The translations under genes and the position numbers were made by a program. Shown one piece after another: positions 41,989 to 64,000 of a stretch of 64,000 nt of DNA; the first letter of the stretch is position 1, and each line of letters starts with the position of its first letter. The DNA is from Phallusia mammillata. Taxonomy: Eukaryota. The notes beneath the pieces are model-generated. The model saw only the letters and a list, made by a program, of their open reading frames with translations. It was not told where the DNA came from and did not search any database. The stretch lies in assembly GCA_965637545.1 (NCBI GenBank), contig OZ281495.1:14074001-14138000 (forward strand). The letters are read 5' to 3'.

Positions 41989-43956
41989 TTTGACCAAATT
42001 GGATATTTCTGTCACAAACAATGCAACATTTACAGAATAACACAATTTTAAGATGCAGCTATTCCCGAGAAAGAATATTTACCAGGCTTAAAAACTCAAC
42101 TGATTTGCGTTCAAACTGATTGCCTGCCTATGCTAATCCTCTTTTATAGTTTGTGGAAATTCTGGCATACACGCAAAATGCAACTTCTACATTTAGCTTG
42201 AACCGCAAAAGTCAAACGCTGCGTAATGCCTAGCAAAGGCAAAACCTAACAGCATCACTCACAGCGACGAAATAAAGCGCACAAAGGTTTGGTTGGAACA
42301 AAATTACTTATATTGAGGTAAAAACTGCTGAGTCATTTACATCATGTGCTGAATCAATCACCTGATATGCTGAGTCATTTCCTTGTTAAGGTTGCCTTAC
42401 TTTCTGCTCTTTTCTTCATACTCACCAAGTTTAACGTTAATGCACTAAAAATAGCATTTAGACTAATCCATAGTAAAGCTCGTGTTACAAGACACTATTC
42501 AAAAGGCATGGCATTGTAATGAACTGATCAGTACCGGGTGAAATAAAGCTAGACCTTGGTCATGGGTGATTAAAACCGTGTGTGTTTTTGCCTTTTTTTA
42601 CCAGTTTTAGATGGATCGAAGTGTGCTTTGTGCGCGAACGGGCGCGAGAATAATAGATAATAGAAAGAAATACAGTTTCTGTTTGGGACGTTTCAACTCA
42701 GCCTACACTGCCTGGCCTGGAAAATCTACTTCCACCTTAACTTACATCAGACAAACCTTACGAATCAAAAGCGCAGTAAGCACTGACGCCTGTAACAATT
42801 GTGCAAATTTTGCAACAGTTGTTAACTAAATTAGCTCATCCAATTTCAAGGAAGTCAAACTGTGCAACAGTTTGATTTAACTGGTATACCGAATTATGTT
42901 AAACTTTGAACTACTTCCTTTTGCGGTTAGCCTAATTAAGATGTAGATGTGCTTCTATGAACTCTTAGTTATGTGCTGTTACCGTATGTTGTCCTGTGCT
43001 GTATCGAAATTTTATAAACTGCAACGCTGCTGTAATTTTCCACATAAGGTTTAGCCCAGCAGCAGCTTAGCCTAGGCTACTTGTAATTGCTTGCTTTACC
43101 GTAATGTGTTGTTTTCTAATGTCAATTTGTTAAAGTTATCAATATATCCTTACGACTTGTTTTGTTGTTTTATAACATTCTATTGAAGTAGAGCAATAAT
43201 CAAGTTGATGTACAAAATGCCTGTCTATCGAGAGTGCCATGACATGTGACATTGGTTGACGAGCTAGAACAAGACTCTGGAAATAAAGACATAAGTAGCC
43301 GTATCCACCGCACGTAGCCTACTAGTGCCCCTTTTTGAACGATTTTGAACTCCTGCCATATTTTTTCATTATGTGTCAACAAAAAGCATTGCCGCGCAAA
43401 TCAGTTTGTTCAGCGCCTACCGACGTTATATTACCCCAACATATGACTCACTTCCTACCCGATCCACACCGAACTGTTGTTTTAAATTTTTGTTTCATTT
43501 AAAAAAATTGGTTTAATGTGATTTATACGATTGTTCTGGCCGGGCTCTTTTTCGGTAAACTTTTTATCTGTGCAAAAAAATCAGAGCCAATATATTTGTG
43601 TAAAGCATAACTACGTTTCGACAAGTACTATTGTCATCGTCAGTAGTTGATGACTAGTAGCCTAGATCTGCTATCTCATTAGAGCAAGTTTAATGCACAA
43701 AGAAAGATAACGTTTAAATATAGCATATTAATGCAAATAGTTTTGACTGGGTTACCGAAAAGCGCTTTTGAGCAAAGACTCAGTTTAGTTGACAAATGTA
43801 ATAAAAGCGAACTTAATTATTATGTAAATCTTTTTTACATTTTATTGTCTGCGGGAGATTCGGCAAAAAACAAAATTGTTTCCGTTATGTAAATAATAAT
43901 ACAAGATTTATACCAATAGGGCTGATTAAAATCACAAATCGGCCACGCAAGCTGTT

Positions 43957-48129
<4,173 letters not shown>

Positions 48130-48620
48130 TTTGACGAAACTGGGTATTTCTGTCACAAACAATGCAATATTTGCAGAGTAACACAATGTTAATTTGCAGC
48201 TATTCATGAAACTTATAATATAACCGGTGTACAGACTATTAAAACTGATTACCTATAGATGCCTATTCTAATCCTCTTTTATAGTTTGTTGCATTTTGGC
48301 CTGCACGCAAAATGTGACTTCAACCTTTAGCTTGAACCGTAAACTTCGAATCTTGTGCAAGACTTACCAAAGGTGATATTAAATCTAACCTACAAATTAA
48401 ACCTAACAATAACAACACAACATCACCCACAGCATCGAAATTGAGCGCACGAAGGTTTGGTTAAAATAAAATTACTGCTATTGTGATAAAACTGCTGTGA
48501 CATTTACTTCATATGCTGCGAGTTATTTCCTTGTTTTGGTTGCTTTACTTTCTGCCCTTTTCTCAATATTCGCCAGGTTTAACGTTAACTTCCTTATATA
48601 TATAATAATAGCATTTAGAC

Positions 48621-50188
48621 CAGTGTTTCTCAACCTTTTCCCTTACCTCTCCTTATAGGTCTACATCAGGGGTGTCCAACTCGAAAGCACCGCCGTGCCA
48701 ATCTAGGTTTTAAAATATACTCGCGTGCCAACGTTTGGTACTTTTTCCAAACCATGCCTTAAACGTCTTAACGGTAGAAAAAAATATGTTGTCAAATGCG
48801 AGTAAACTTGTTTATGATACTCCAGAAACCTTTTATAGCATACCATGTCGCTTAAAGCGCAGAATCCATAACATGGAATATAATACGACAGCATAAAGGC
48901 CCGGGATTATCCAGAATTCGACAGCATAAAGGCCCGGAATTATTCGACAGTTTCAAGCGCCTTAAAGCAGACAGATCGAGTCTAAAAACGACCAGTTTAA
49001 TTAGTGGATTTGTGTAACCTTGATACTGATCATCTTTACTGAAGTTAGAATAAAGGCTAAAAAGAATCAATCGAATAATATTAATTGCCTGACAAATCCT
49101 AATGTTTACCATGTGAATGTGCAAAAACTTGCGTGCCATTTTCAAATGCTCTGCGTTCCACTTTTGGCACGCGTGCCACGTGTTGGACACCCCTGGTCTA
49201 CATAATTTATGATGGCCGCCTTTCAATATGACAAAAATCAAAATGATTTTATTTCACGTACAATATCCATGTGATAATTAATGTTTTAGCGCTTAAAATG
49301 TAAAAAAAAATGCTACGGGTTAATTCAACATGATACAACTAACTGCATGCAGCGCACATTGCTTTCAACTTGGTACCAGGGATGGGTCAAAACTGCAATT
49401 GTTCTGCTTGGTGAATCACGCTCGGTGTATTGTGACGGTCACGCACCGCTCCCATTCACATGGTGTTTTTTACTGATTTTGAAGCCCCTATTTTACCTCC
49501 CAGGGCCGTATTTAAGTTGAAGAGGGGCCTTCTGCGTAACATGTGAGGCAAGCCAACGATAGGTGACACCAACGTTTTTCAAGTAACAACAACACTAACT
49601 GAAAACAAATTTGAGTGCACGTGATCCCGCTACCTGACATTTTTGGAAATAGTCACTATTATTCTTGTATTATATCCTACTTCCGTACGTCAGCAGTGAA
49701 CAAATCACACGTTTAATTGTGATGTCAACAAAGCCGCCTGTTAAATTATTGTGTAATAAGCAAGCAATCGATTCGTAGTGCGATTTCGCAGTTAGTCTAA
49801 CGCTCGGTTTAGGTGATACGAGCTCCGAGGCACCGAGTACTCGGGTTCTGACTCGGTTTGGCCAAGCACAAATCTGTTGCTTCCTGCAAATTTTGCTTTA
49901 AAAGCGCAGACAAGCCCCGACAAATGAGGCATTATTATTTGTACAAAATACATTGTGAGATCATCATTGAAATCACGTGGCAAAATAAAGTACCAATACA
50001 GTGAATACCAATCAAATTTACTTTTACCGGTCGCTTGAGAACGAAAATGACTCTTTTTGCCTATTTTTTTCGTTTCAACTGCTCTACTTTCTCCTAGCAC
50101 CACCTCAGTCGCCCGATTATTCTCCACCGACCCCAAAATGATAACAAACGACCCCAGGGGGGCGCCGACGCCCCGTAAACAACTACTG
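48621..50188. mobile_element. hAT (Charlie-like) non-autonomous element upstream of PTGR1 copy 2
   Basis: Left end CAGTGTTTCTCAACCTTTT and right end ..AAACAACTACTG; flanks ATTTAGAC and ACATAGAC (6/8). The paralogous empty site GCATTTAGACTAATCCAT is at about 42455. Confidence 0.75.
48667..49195. mobile_element. hAT MITE nested in the previous element
   Basis: Perfect TIRs CAGGGGTGTCCAAC / GTTGGACACCCCTG and a perfect 8-bp TSD GTCTACAT. Its internal segment (about 48845-48965) is similar to 46830-46925. Confidence 0.92.
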
Positions 50189-50471
50189 ACATAGACTAAT
50201 CCATGATGGTGTCGCTATAGACACCACTCGAAGGACGTGCCAGACTTGCAACGAGCTATTCAGTACTGGGTGAAAGACAAAGCAAGACGTTGCTCACGCT
50301 TGGTTGAAACCGCATCCGCTTTTGCTCGGATGGGTTTGAAATAGCAATAATAGAATTACTGTTCTGTTTGGGACGTTACACTGCCTGGTCTGGTAAATCT
50401 ACTAACACCGAATCAAAGACGCAATGAGCATTGGCGCAGTTTGTGCAAATTTTGCAACAGTTGTTAACCAA

Positions 50472-51894
50472 CACTTAGTAACTGAAGCTTTCAGTGCACC
50501 TAAATCAATCCGTGTTTTTCGTGTTGCAATGTATTGTAAACAAATAATATCGATTTCGCCGATATAATGGCATCCTCAGTTCTAAGCAAGAAATAAAATA
50601 AAATAAAATAAAGTTATTTAGGCAATAAAAGATGTAAAAATAATAAAAAAGACTGCTACAAAGACAACACACAACTCGACAGTTAAATCAAACGTTAAAA
50701 CGGATACAACATAACGACACGAAGAACAAAAAAGCGACGTGGTGGAAAAGGCGATAAGACAAACGCGTGACCGAAAAGTGCCTTCCGCAAGCAACCTGCA
50801 GAGTTGTTATCTAACCTGTGGCAGGATCATTTTTGCGACGTTTATAGTGACTTTGATTTTACCATACCACTTATCTTCACGTACGTCCAACATGCACATG
50901 GCAGGTTGTTCTAAAAATGTGACGCGAAAGCATTGTTCGATGCCTGGTCTTTTGTCTAGAAGCGTCGGGTGAAGTTGGTGATAATGGTGAAGCATTGCCG
51001 CCTGTTCTTTTGCACTGGAAAGATCACATGCTTTCCATATGGCTCTGTGCGCGTTCCATCTGGTTGAAAACTTGTTTTTCGTTTGTCCAACATAGTTTTC
51101 TTGACAAGTTGAGCATGTTGCCACATAAACTCCATAATTTTTGCACGTTAGGGTTTGCCGAAGTTTGAAAACTCGTTTGTTTGTCTTAAACGTGGTAGTG
51201 GGAAACACCATCGATTTATGATTTTTGAAGCAACCACATAAAGCGCAAGCTCCGCACGGTTTTGATGTTCCATTTTCTGTGGTAGTTAGCGCCAGGGCGA
51301 TTTTCCGGTGGGTGGTCAACATGCCACCAAGAGTTAAGGGCCGTTTGTAAACTACTTTGGCATTAGGCTTTAGACCCTGATTTGCTTTAACCAGGTTGGG
51401 AAAACCTGTTGCCCAAACCACCGTTTGTGCGGTCTATATAGAGGGAGTCTGTCTTGGAACACGTTGATCCCATTTCGCAGCGAGGTTGATGACGTCGGTT
51501 GTCATCGTGTCAGAAAAATCTGATTTTCGGCACTTTTGGCGTAATCTTACAAGGCTACTGGTGTAGTCTGATGCACGTTCGTTTAATCTCCTCATTCGAG
51601 TAGCTTCAGAAACCACAATTGATTTGAAAATATGTGGCGGGTGGTGCGATAAACCGTTTAGATCAAGCCGGTTTGTAGCGGTTGGCTTTTGATGATCTGT
51701 AGTAAAGAAGCCTGGACTTTCGCTACAAGCAACATGAGAAACATCTAAGAACTCTAGTTTTTCACCTACGCAGGTGGTGTTTAAACATCGGAAGGTTAGT
51801 GCCAGATTTCTTGAGCCGAAAGATTTTAAAAGATGCGATTTCACACAATTTGTGTTTCTCTCGCCAAAAGATATCCAAATAATATCGTCAATAA
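50472..51894 (-). mobile_element. 5'-truncated Penelope-like retroelement, Neptune type
   Basis: RT end (FIDDIIW, LEFLDV, SHHPPHIFKSIV), Cys-rich linker (KPCGACALC) and GIY-YIG (YGVYVATCSTCQENYVGQT) lie in two broken ORFs (51907-51434, 51421-50807). The 13-bp direct repeat AGTTGTTAACCAA is at 50459-50471 and 51895-51907. Confidence 0.9.
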
Positions 51895-52903
51895 AGTTGT
51901 TAACCAAATTAGCTCGTCAAATGTCAAGGAAGTCAAATGGTGCAACATTTTGATATAATTTAATAACCAAAATATGTTGACAATTTTGAATTGTTTCTGT
52001 CGCGGGTAATTAGGATGTAAATGTAACACTGTTGCTGCTGTAATTTGTCCCATCAGTTTTAGCCCAGTAGCAGCCGTCTAGTAATTGCTTGATTTACCGT
52101 GATGTAATTGTCGGCTAATGTAAATATGTAAAAGTTATCAATATATTCTGACGGCTTGTATTGTTTATTATAATATTCTATTGGAATAAGACAATAAACA
52201 AGCTGATGTTCGAAATGCATGTTTATCGAAACTAATGACTTTGATTGAACAGAAGGAACACGTCTCGTCCGCGAGCACAGAAACTGGTACGCTTGATACT
52301 TCAGTGATATGAACTATTTTGAGCTCATGTCGAAGCAAAAATGTATTCAAAGTTTGTTAACTAAGGACCATTGCCGTGCAAATACCTACCGACGTTATAT
52401 TACTACAAGGTACAGCTTTAATCAACTGATCCTTTGAGATACAGTCGACGATCTTTACTATGGTGCATAACCTACGGTACACCTAAATTTACCCACGTAT
52501 GTAGCCTACGGTATGGTAAAACAGACTACGAGTACCTATTATTCACCCTTGTCTCCATAGTCCCTAGCCCTATGTGTGTCAAGTTTTATGTAGTAAAGTT
52601 TGGTCTATGTGAGTTATATTAGCTCTACCGATTGATCTAGCCGCAGGTTTTTTTGTCGATTTTTTTCTTCAGTTGATGACTAGTAGATCTGAAAACTCAT
52701 TAGAGCAAGTTTATTGCATCAAGATAGTTGAAGTTCAAATATAGTTCAGTAATGCGACAAGTTTTGACTGGGTTGCTAAAGTCATGCAACTGAACAAAGA
52801 CTCAGTTTGATGTTATATAAGCAAACTGAATTATTCAGTAAATAATAAAACAAGATTTTTGTACCAATTAGGGCTGTTTAAAATCACAAATCGGCCAGTT
52901 GTT

Positions 52904-57387
<4,484 letters not shown>

Positions 57388-58851
57388 TTTGACGAAACTG
57401 GGTATCTCTCTGAAAAACAATGCAACATTGTAGAATAATACAGCTCTAAAACCTTTTCAGAAGAACCTATATATGATCTACTGGCCTAATGTCCTTAAAA
57501 CTGAATGCTCATGGTATTTAAGTCTTTCCAGTTTGTTGCATTTCGACCTGTACATAAACCAAACGTTTTGCACTTTTTGCACATTTCTATCTGAAGTTCA
57601 AACCAAAAGCGTCAAACGCCATAAAACGTTCAACAAAGGCATTAAACCTATGACAATCGAGACAAATCTTTCTGTTTGGGCATTCCACCCGACTAAAGCC
57701 ATGCGCACGAAAGTCTGACAAGTCAAATATTTGCTAGTCAGGTAAACATTTAACGACAGACTTGCTGAGTCATTTACTACATTTTGGTCGCATTTACTTG
57801 GCTTGCTTTCTGCAATAATCACCAGTTAAACGTTTCAAACTTTAAGCAGCTGTTTTTTTACATTCAATTCACGTCGAACGTTAGTATCATACAACCTTTT
57901 GGATACAAAGCAACGAAGAACCGGACCTCAGGTGTGGCCAGTACTTGGTCAACAAAAAAGGCAACAAGTTGGTCATGCTTCGTTGCATTTTGGCCAATTT
58001 CTAACCTGTTGCAGAGAACAAAGTCCACCGTCTGCGCAAACGGACACGAGCATGCCATCGAATAACCACAAGTAGTACGGTTCGTGCTCAGGGCATATGC
58101 AAGTGACACTGCTTAACCTGACCGCAACGCTTGTGTTGATGACTGGTCGATGACACACCATTAAATTTCCACTTGCTTTGGTTAACTGTCGCTACTTCTT
58201 GCAAAATTTAACCGTCAGTTTTCTTATTGTGGTTGATCCACTCTCTTCTTTTCATTTACTCTCCGACGTTACGACTTATGACTGCAGCTGGGCACAGAAA
58301 CAGTTTGTGGCGTAGCGGCACTGAAACAATCTTACTCCACGCAAGTCTCTAAAACACACAATTAGTTATCTTTTTGTTTTACCTTTGTTGACGAAATATG
58401 CTTGTCCTTGCAGTCAAAACCTTGCAGTCAAAAATCACTTTCAAAAACTGGTTACATGTTTATCCTGGCAGTGCATTAAATATCGAATGGAACCTACATA
58501 CATTCCGCTTAAAATGGCCACGTAAGTCCAGCAAACGGTGTCCAAAAACGTGATTTCAATTGGTGTATCCTGTTGGAAGGGAAGGCCGACAATCTCCTAC
58601 CTAACGGCACACCCACATTTCACTAAGTTTCGATGGATGGCGCAAAGAGCATATGCCACAGTATATCTCCAAAAATGCTGACAGATAGGACTATTAGGGT
58701 TGGGGTAAGGCATTACGAATTAAACAAAACAAATTTTAAAATTTGGTTACTAATGTAAAATTTTCTACTTTATAATTTAGATCTTTGCGTCACTTATCGA
58801 AATTGAAATTAACTTGGGTCTGCCATGGGGTATCGTGTTATAGCTATAGTA

Positions 58852-58930
58852 CAGTGGTTCCCAAACTTTTTTAATTTTCTGTCATAATCGTCCCTTTGCT
58901 ATTCTCACAAACACTCGCGATCCACTCTAA
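58852..58930 (+). mobile_element. Isolated hAT-like terminal fragment
   Basis: CAGTGGTTCCCAAACTTTT, a typical hAT/MER5-like TIR start; no matching right end found. Confidence 0.4.
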
Positions 58931-59173
58931 ATATATTTATGAAACTAAGCAAATCAAATCAAAACACAATCTGTGGTTAACAACCAAAAGTTAATCCATT
59001 ACTTGCAAAATTGTACCAAAACAACATACAGGATGAATTTAGTTTAGTTTCGTAAGATTGCTTTGTGTGGATAAAAGCAAAAAAACAATTGTACTCTATA
59101 CCAGACCGAAGCGATTAATTTGAAAAAAAAACTAAGTTATTCTGTTCACAATACATTAAAACTAGACTTATGT

Positions 59174-62100
59174 TTATAATTCTGTCGTAGACTCAGTGTG
59201 ATTCTCCACATACGAGTCATTCACGTATGTCGTGGGTATGGTCCCGCCATTTCTGTTCTCAGCAATTGTAATAGCATCCTGTATGTTGCTGTAATGTGGT
59301 GGTTTTTCTGTGCCATTCGATTGTAAGTTATCGTGTTTGTTCTCCTCCTGCACCATCTGCAAGTGAGCCGGGATCACTGCGGGTGGTTTGGGTTTTGCCC
59401 GGCCAAATAAAAGCCTCATTAAACTCATCATTGGCCACTCGATGAAAAGAGCCAACATAAACGCACAACCGAAGGTAATGACGAGTGAGCCTAAATACAA
59501 AAAATGTGGCAGTAGTTGTTAATGTTGGTAATACAATAAGCTTAGTCTACGCGAAACAAACAGGTACAAACATAGAATCTATGTCTTCAGTTATGAAAAC
59601 AGTGCAAAAATCTTACACAATAAAATAAGAGTAAGAAGCCGTTATTCTCACCAATGTATATGTAAGCCACATTGATCGTGAGATAGTGAAGTGGTCCCTC
59701 TTGTGATCCGATGTACCAAAATACAACAAGCAGATGGACGAGGTAGGCACTGTATGTCAAGCGACTCAGAGGTGTAAATACCGACCAATCAAGAAATGAT
59801 GTTATCGGACCTAGACCAGTGAAAAGTCGGTCACTTGTTATAAGACAACAGAAAAAAATGAAGTCTATGTTTTGGCTTGGTAGATTTCTTAACACGCTTT
59901 ATATAAATGTAAAAAGAGAACAAAGCTAATTGTCGAATTTACCACCATATCCAGCGGTGCAGGCAATTACAACCCACGCAATACATAGACCCCACGTCGG
60001 CCGGGCGAAAGTTTCGTAAAAGGTCGAAAGCTCCCTGCTAAAAAACGTTGTGTCTTGAAAGGAGTCGAATGGTCCGTATAATATAGCACACGCTGCAGCT
60101 GCCGCAAGAAGCCAGCCCAATACCACAACCGCCTAAAATGTAAAGTCAATTTGAAGTGCTTTATATAATTGATTAAGTGCTGTACGAAGCTGAGCGTATA
60201 ACCTTATGAATTCTGATTTTAAGCTTGCAATCATACAGTACAAATCCTGTCATCATTCCAATCATGTACACTGATATACGGCACCAAGGCATAGTGTAAG
60301 TATCATAATTGAACTTGTCGTGGTACGTGTAATCTCCACTCGTGTTATAATCAATAAGAAACCGGATATAACTGAGAAACAAAACTGTATGCAATTGTGG
60401 TATTTTAGATCAATTTTAAGAACGCAGTGTATAGTGGACTTCAGCACTCGGAAAAAAATTACACAGGGAATCCAGCTGCATTCATCCAGCTCACCAAGCC
60501 TACAGCATCGGCATAAAATTCTGATGAAAAGGCAATTTCTTTCAAAAATAGCCTAACATAATGTCGTCAAGAAAAATTACGACACTGTGGCCGAGTTTAA
60601 AGTCGGAAAAACTTTTAGTATTCCGCTACTTAAAGGGCCGATACCAGTAATAAATATACATTCATCCATTGCTTGAAAGGGTCAAGTATATGACCTACGG
60701 TGTCATTTGAAGGGAAATGCTCAATGTAATGGCAGACAAGTTGTTGAAGTAGGTCAAAAGGGCTGTAGTCAACATGCTGCAAACACAAACGCCCATCACG
60801 AGTGCAATTCCCAACATTTTCTTTCTAAACAAAAAAAGAGTAAATTGAAGCATAGTAGTATTTTTTAACGGGAAAGAGTACTTTATTGTCGTAAAAACCC
60901 TTACTTGTACAGCGCAAAGATGAAAATAGGCGACAAAAGATAAAACTGCATGTCGTTTGCGAGATACCAACCCCAACTAAAACACTGCAAAAAAACTGGA
61001 TTTGTTAGTTACATAAAATAAACTTTGATCCAAAATATTACTGCGCAACAATCATTCTTTCCGTTAATTATTTTGGCTCAACAACATAAACCTATACAGT
61101 TAAAAAATAGATACATCTATACAGTTATATTAAGTTAATTATAGTAAGGCTTGACTCAACGTTGGAGTTTTACAAGCTTTAACATTGTGAAAAAATATCT
61201 AATATTACTCTAAAGATTGCCATTTTAAAATCTGTGTGTTTTGTACCATTCCAAGCACTGGGTAAAAGTTGTTGATATATAGCAAATTTGTGAACCAATC
61301 CTTGATGCACATGTCGTGGAAGGAATGAGCATTCTGTTGCCAGAAAGGACCAGCACCGACGTATTTGTACAAACCGATCGAGAAAAGTATGAGATAAGCA
61401 TAAGTTGGTGTCAATCTGCAAATGTACACAATAGTTCAGTAATGTTTAGTATGTTAGTAGTCTGCATGATGTAGTATGTTAGTAGACTGCCTGGTTATGT
61501 TTTCTATCATAAAACCTAGAAAACTCGTTTTTCGTCTCGCACTACACTCTATTAACACAGTTCACGTGTATTTAACATCTGTACTGATTGTTGTATGTAC
61601 ACGGCAAGTGTCGATGGGTTATCAGAGTGAACTTTTAAAACACAGTTTTACTGAAGTACTCGCACTTTGTTGACAAAATAAGGTTATGGTCAATTTAAGT
61701 TGGTTGCCCTAACGACATACATTTGCATATTAATTTATCTTACAGGTTTACCTGAGATACCGCTGCAAATACATAAGAGGAACATTGAGGTTTCCCTTAG
61801 CCCTTTTCATTTGTTTTAGACCTAGGTAAGTAACCAAAAGACCGCTCAGTAGAAAGAAGGTGTCCACAGCGAAGAAACCGTTGGAAATAGCCATGATCGA
61901 AGCGTTGGCTTTGACGGTTCTTTCAGCATGCGATGCGTTATCTAAAGTAAGAAGGTTACTAGTGCACAACAAGGCAGTTAATTGAAGTACATGGCCGAAA
62001 ATTGTTTAAAAAGGTAGACAGAATAGAGGAATAATATTCTGAAAAATGTAAGTTTATTTAAATTGATATCTATCTATTTTAGTATTTAAAAACAAATATG

Positions 62101-63265
62101 TTTACCCAATCCTAGTACCACGTAGTTGAATGTGTGAGCTAGAATAATCCAAGTGGTGCTAATGAAACGGATTCCATCAAGCACAGGAATACTTCCAGGC
62201 CTCTTTGTCATATCCAAGATTTGTTGTCCGTTTGAAATAATTGAAAAACAATGCAAGACTTTTCCTGAAAAGTTCGTAGCTCCATTATTTTTTCACCGCA
62301 GGGTTGGTCAGTTACCTTAAATTTCATGACTGGAAAACAGTTGCTTAAATGCTTAAGAAGTGAAAAAGCGCTTTTCGTGTTGTACCGACCTCCTGTCGAA
62401 CGATTTTCATCATGTTGTTTGTTGACAACCTCCTTAACCGAAATCCTTTCCACACCATCAACAACAGTAGCGACGCCGACCAATAATACTAAAACAGAGC
62501 TAATTGCTCTGCAAATGAAATGCTATTTTATCCAGTTTTGTCCTTTTATTGGTGTTGGCTGAATGTGCAAAAAAGAACAATGTCTCCAAAATATACTAGC
62601 ATACATTTTTTACTGCTGGCGGCTATGCTACTCAAAAAAATGTCTTAAAAGTCTTTTTATCATTCTGTAATTAACAAAAATCATTTTGATATGATAAAGC
62701 GTTGGTATTGTTTTATTTCTTGCCTAGTTTTACAGGCTTGTGACTCCAAAACATAATAATAATTTATCACCAGCACAAGCTTATAAAATAACAAGTCGTA
62801 TTTTTTTATTTAACTGTATTTGGGAATAATTTACTTACATTCCAATTATATCGGTTGTTGAAAGATTGTAATGTGGAACTGGACATGTGACTTCAAGGAG
62901 TAGGGAAGAAGGATAAAGTTGGTTAAGAATCGATTGCACCGAGGTTTCGGAACAAATCAGTGGAAAACAAGATCCCAAGGTAATATCTATTGGATAGGCT
63001 CCTGGATACGGCTTATTACAAAGCACAACGGACATTGGTAAAGTTAGGTAAGTTGGGTCACATTTAGATTTATATGGTTTGTGTAAACTTATCTAGAATA
63101 AGATGAGAGCTCTCTCTCTTACCACGTAACGAAATCCCAAATACGAGTTGCACCATTTTCCACTTGCAGCTTCACCCACCGCCGACCAACATTCGTAGTA
63201 ATGACCAGGCCATCTTACATTTGCCTCAAGTATCCCATTTTCGGGGGTTCCCCAGGAATCGAACA
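59174..63265 (-). CDS. Nose resistant to fluoxetine protein 6-like / O-acyltransferase-like (NRF domain + acyltransferase-3 membrane domain); 5'-most exons not resolved
   Basis: NRF-domain exon 63265-63123 (FDSWGTPENGILEANVRWPGHYYECW). Other motifs: ITLGSCFPLICS, NGFFAVDTFFLLSGLLV, YLQRYLRL, GAGPFW, YTMPWCRISVYMIG, FARPTWGLCIAWVVIAC, PLSRLTYSAYLVH, ALFIEWP. Terminal exon 59490-59174. Confidence 0.88.
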
Positions 63266-64000
63266 CTGCAAAAGTGTTAAAATATCGTCATCAGCAATAA
63301 GAAAGCGTATTCGTTAAAAACAGCGTTCTCAACCTAAAATGACACAGTTTGCTGGAAAAAAGAAGAAGAAAGCAAGAAACTTGTACATGAACCACAAAAG
63401 TTTTTTTGCAGTATAACACGACTGATGCTCGTTTATTTTAACATTGGCTGCAGGGAGGTAGAAACGGGTTCATTGTACGTGTACGTATGTCGCACTTTTT
63501 CTACATACGGACGATATCGATAAGGTACATTCCATTTATTCGACGTAGATTTTACGTGATCAATGTCCAAATTTGCACAACATATCAAACAGGCCGTTTA
63601 CACTTAGTGATTAAAATCTGGTTCGTTGTAATTTTGTCCAAAATTGGTGATGTAAAGTGCAGCTTTAACCCACTTTTAATACTTAAAATTTGGCTAACAA
63701 TACGTTTAAACAAATAAATAAAAATACCTGTCTGAAGAAAACAGAACATTCAGTGCTACTTGGGGGAATTTCATTTGCTTTTACTGCTGACAAGACTGAT
63801 TTTTTCGAGTGTGCGAAAGATAAAAGAAACTAACGAACAACAAAAAGTCGAAACTCGTGAGACAAAAACGTTTTTGCAGTGGCATATTGATTTCAAATTT
63901 CAAAACGGCTTTTGCTCCCAGTGTTTTTTATAAGTTAAAATATAAAAATAGTCGAAATGGCTCTTAGAGTGGTACAAGTTGGCGATCTCTAGTAAAAGGA

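Noticed and set aside
49792-50136. 114-aa ORF inside the hAT element as a transposase
   Set aside because: No BED-finger, DDE or hATC motifs could be recognised in any frame.
57864-58161. Overlapping Cys-containing minus-strand ORFs as an extra gene upstream of PTGR1 copy 3
   Set aside because: No convincing splice boundaries or domain motifs.
63340-63900. 5' exons and start codon of the NRF-6-like gene
   Set aside because: Several exon-like pieces exist, but none joined in a compatible phase to the NRF exon at 63265; left unannotated.

Overview
This is eukaryotic, AT-rich, intron-rich animal DNA. An invertebrate chordate such as an ascidian is plausible from the compact GT-AG introns and gene content, but that is inference only. 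Nearly every gene sits in a tandem duplication. From left to right: (1) the 3' end of a receptor guanylyl cyclase, then a second receptor guanylyl cyclase whose transmembrane, kinase-homology and cyclase exons are intact but whose ectodomain cannot be assembled cleanly; (2) a Penelope-like retroelement with a 3' hammerhead ribozyme, interrupted by a TG..CA solo-LTR-like element that is itself interrupted by a long-TIR DNA element; (3) two paralogous secreted proteins that I cannot assign to a named family, each with a signal peptide plus three 8-Cys/Trp/His modules and a start codon split by an intron (AT|G); (4) three intact prostaglandin reductase 1-like genes with copy-specific insertions (hAT MITEs, a SINE, a Neptune-type Penelope element, a Helentron-like element, hammerhead relics); (5) an NRF-6/O-acyltransferase-like membrane protein gene. 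There is no rRNA, true tRNA or CRISPR array. All exon structures were read by eye and need transcript confirmation.
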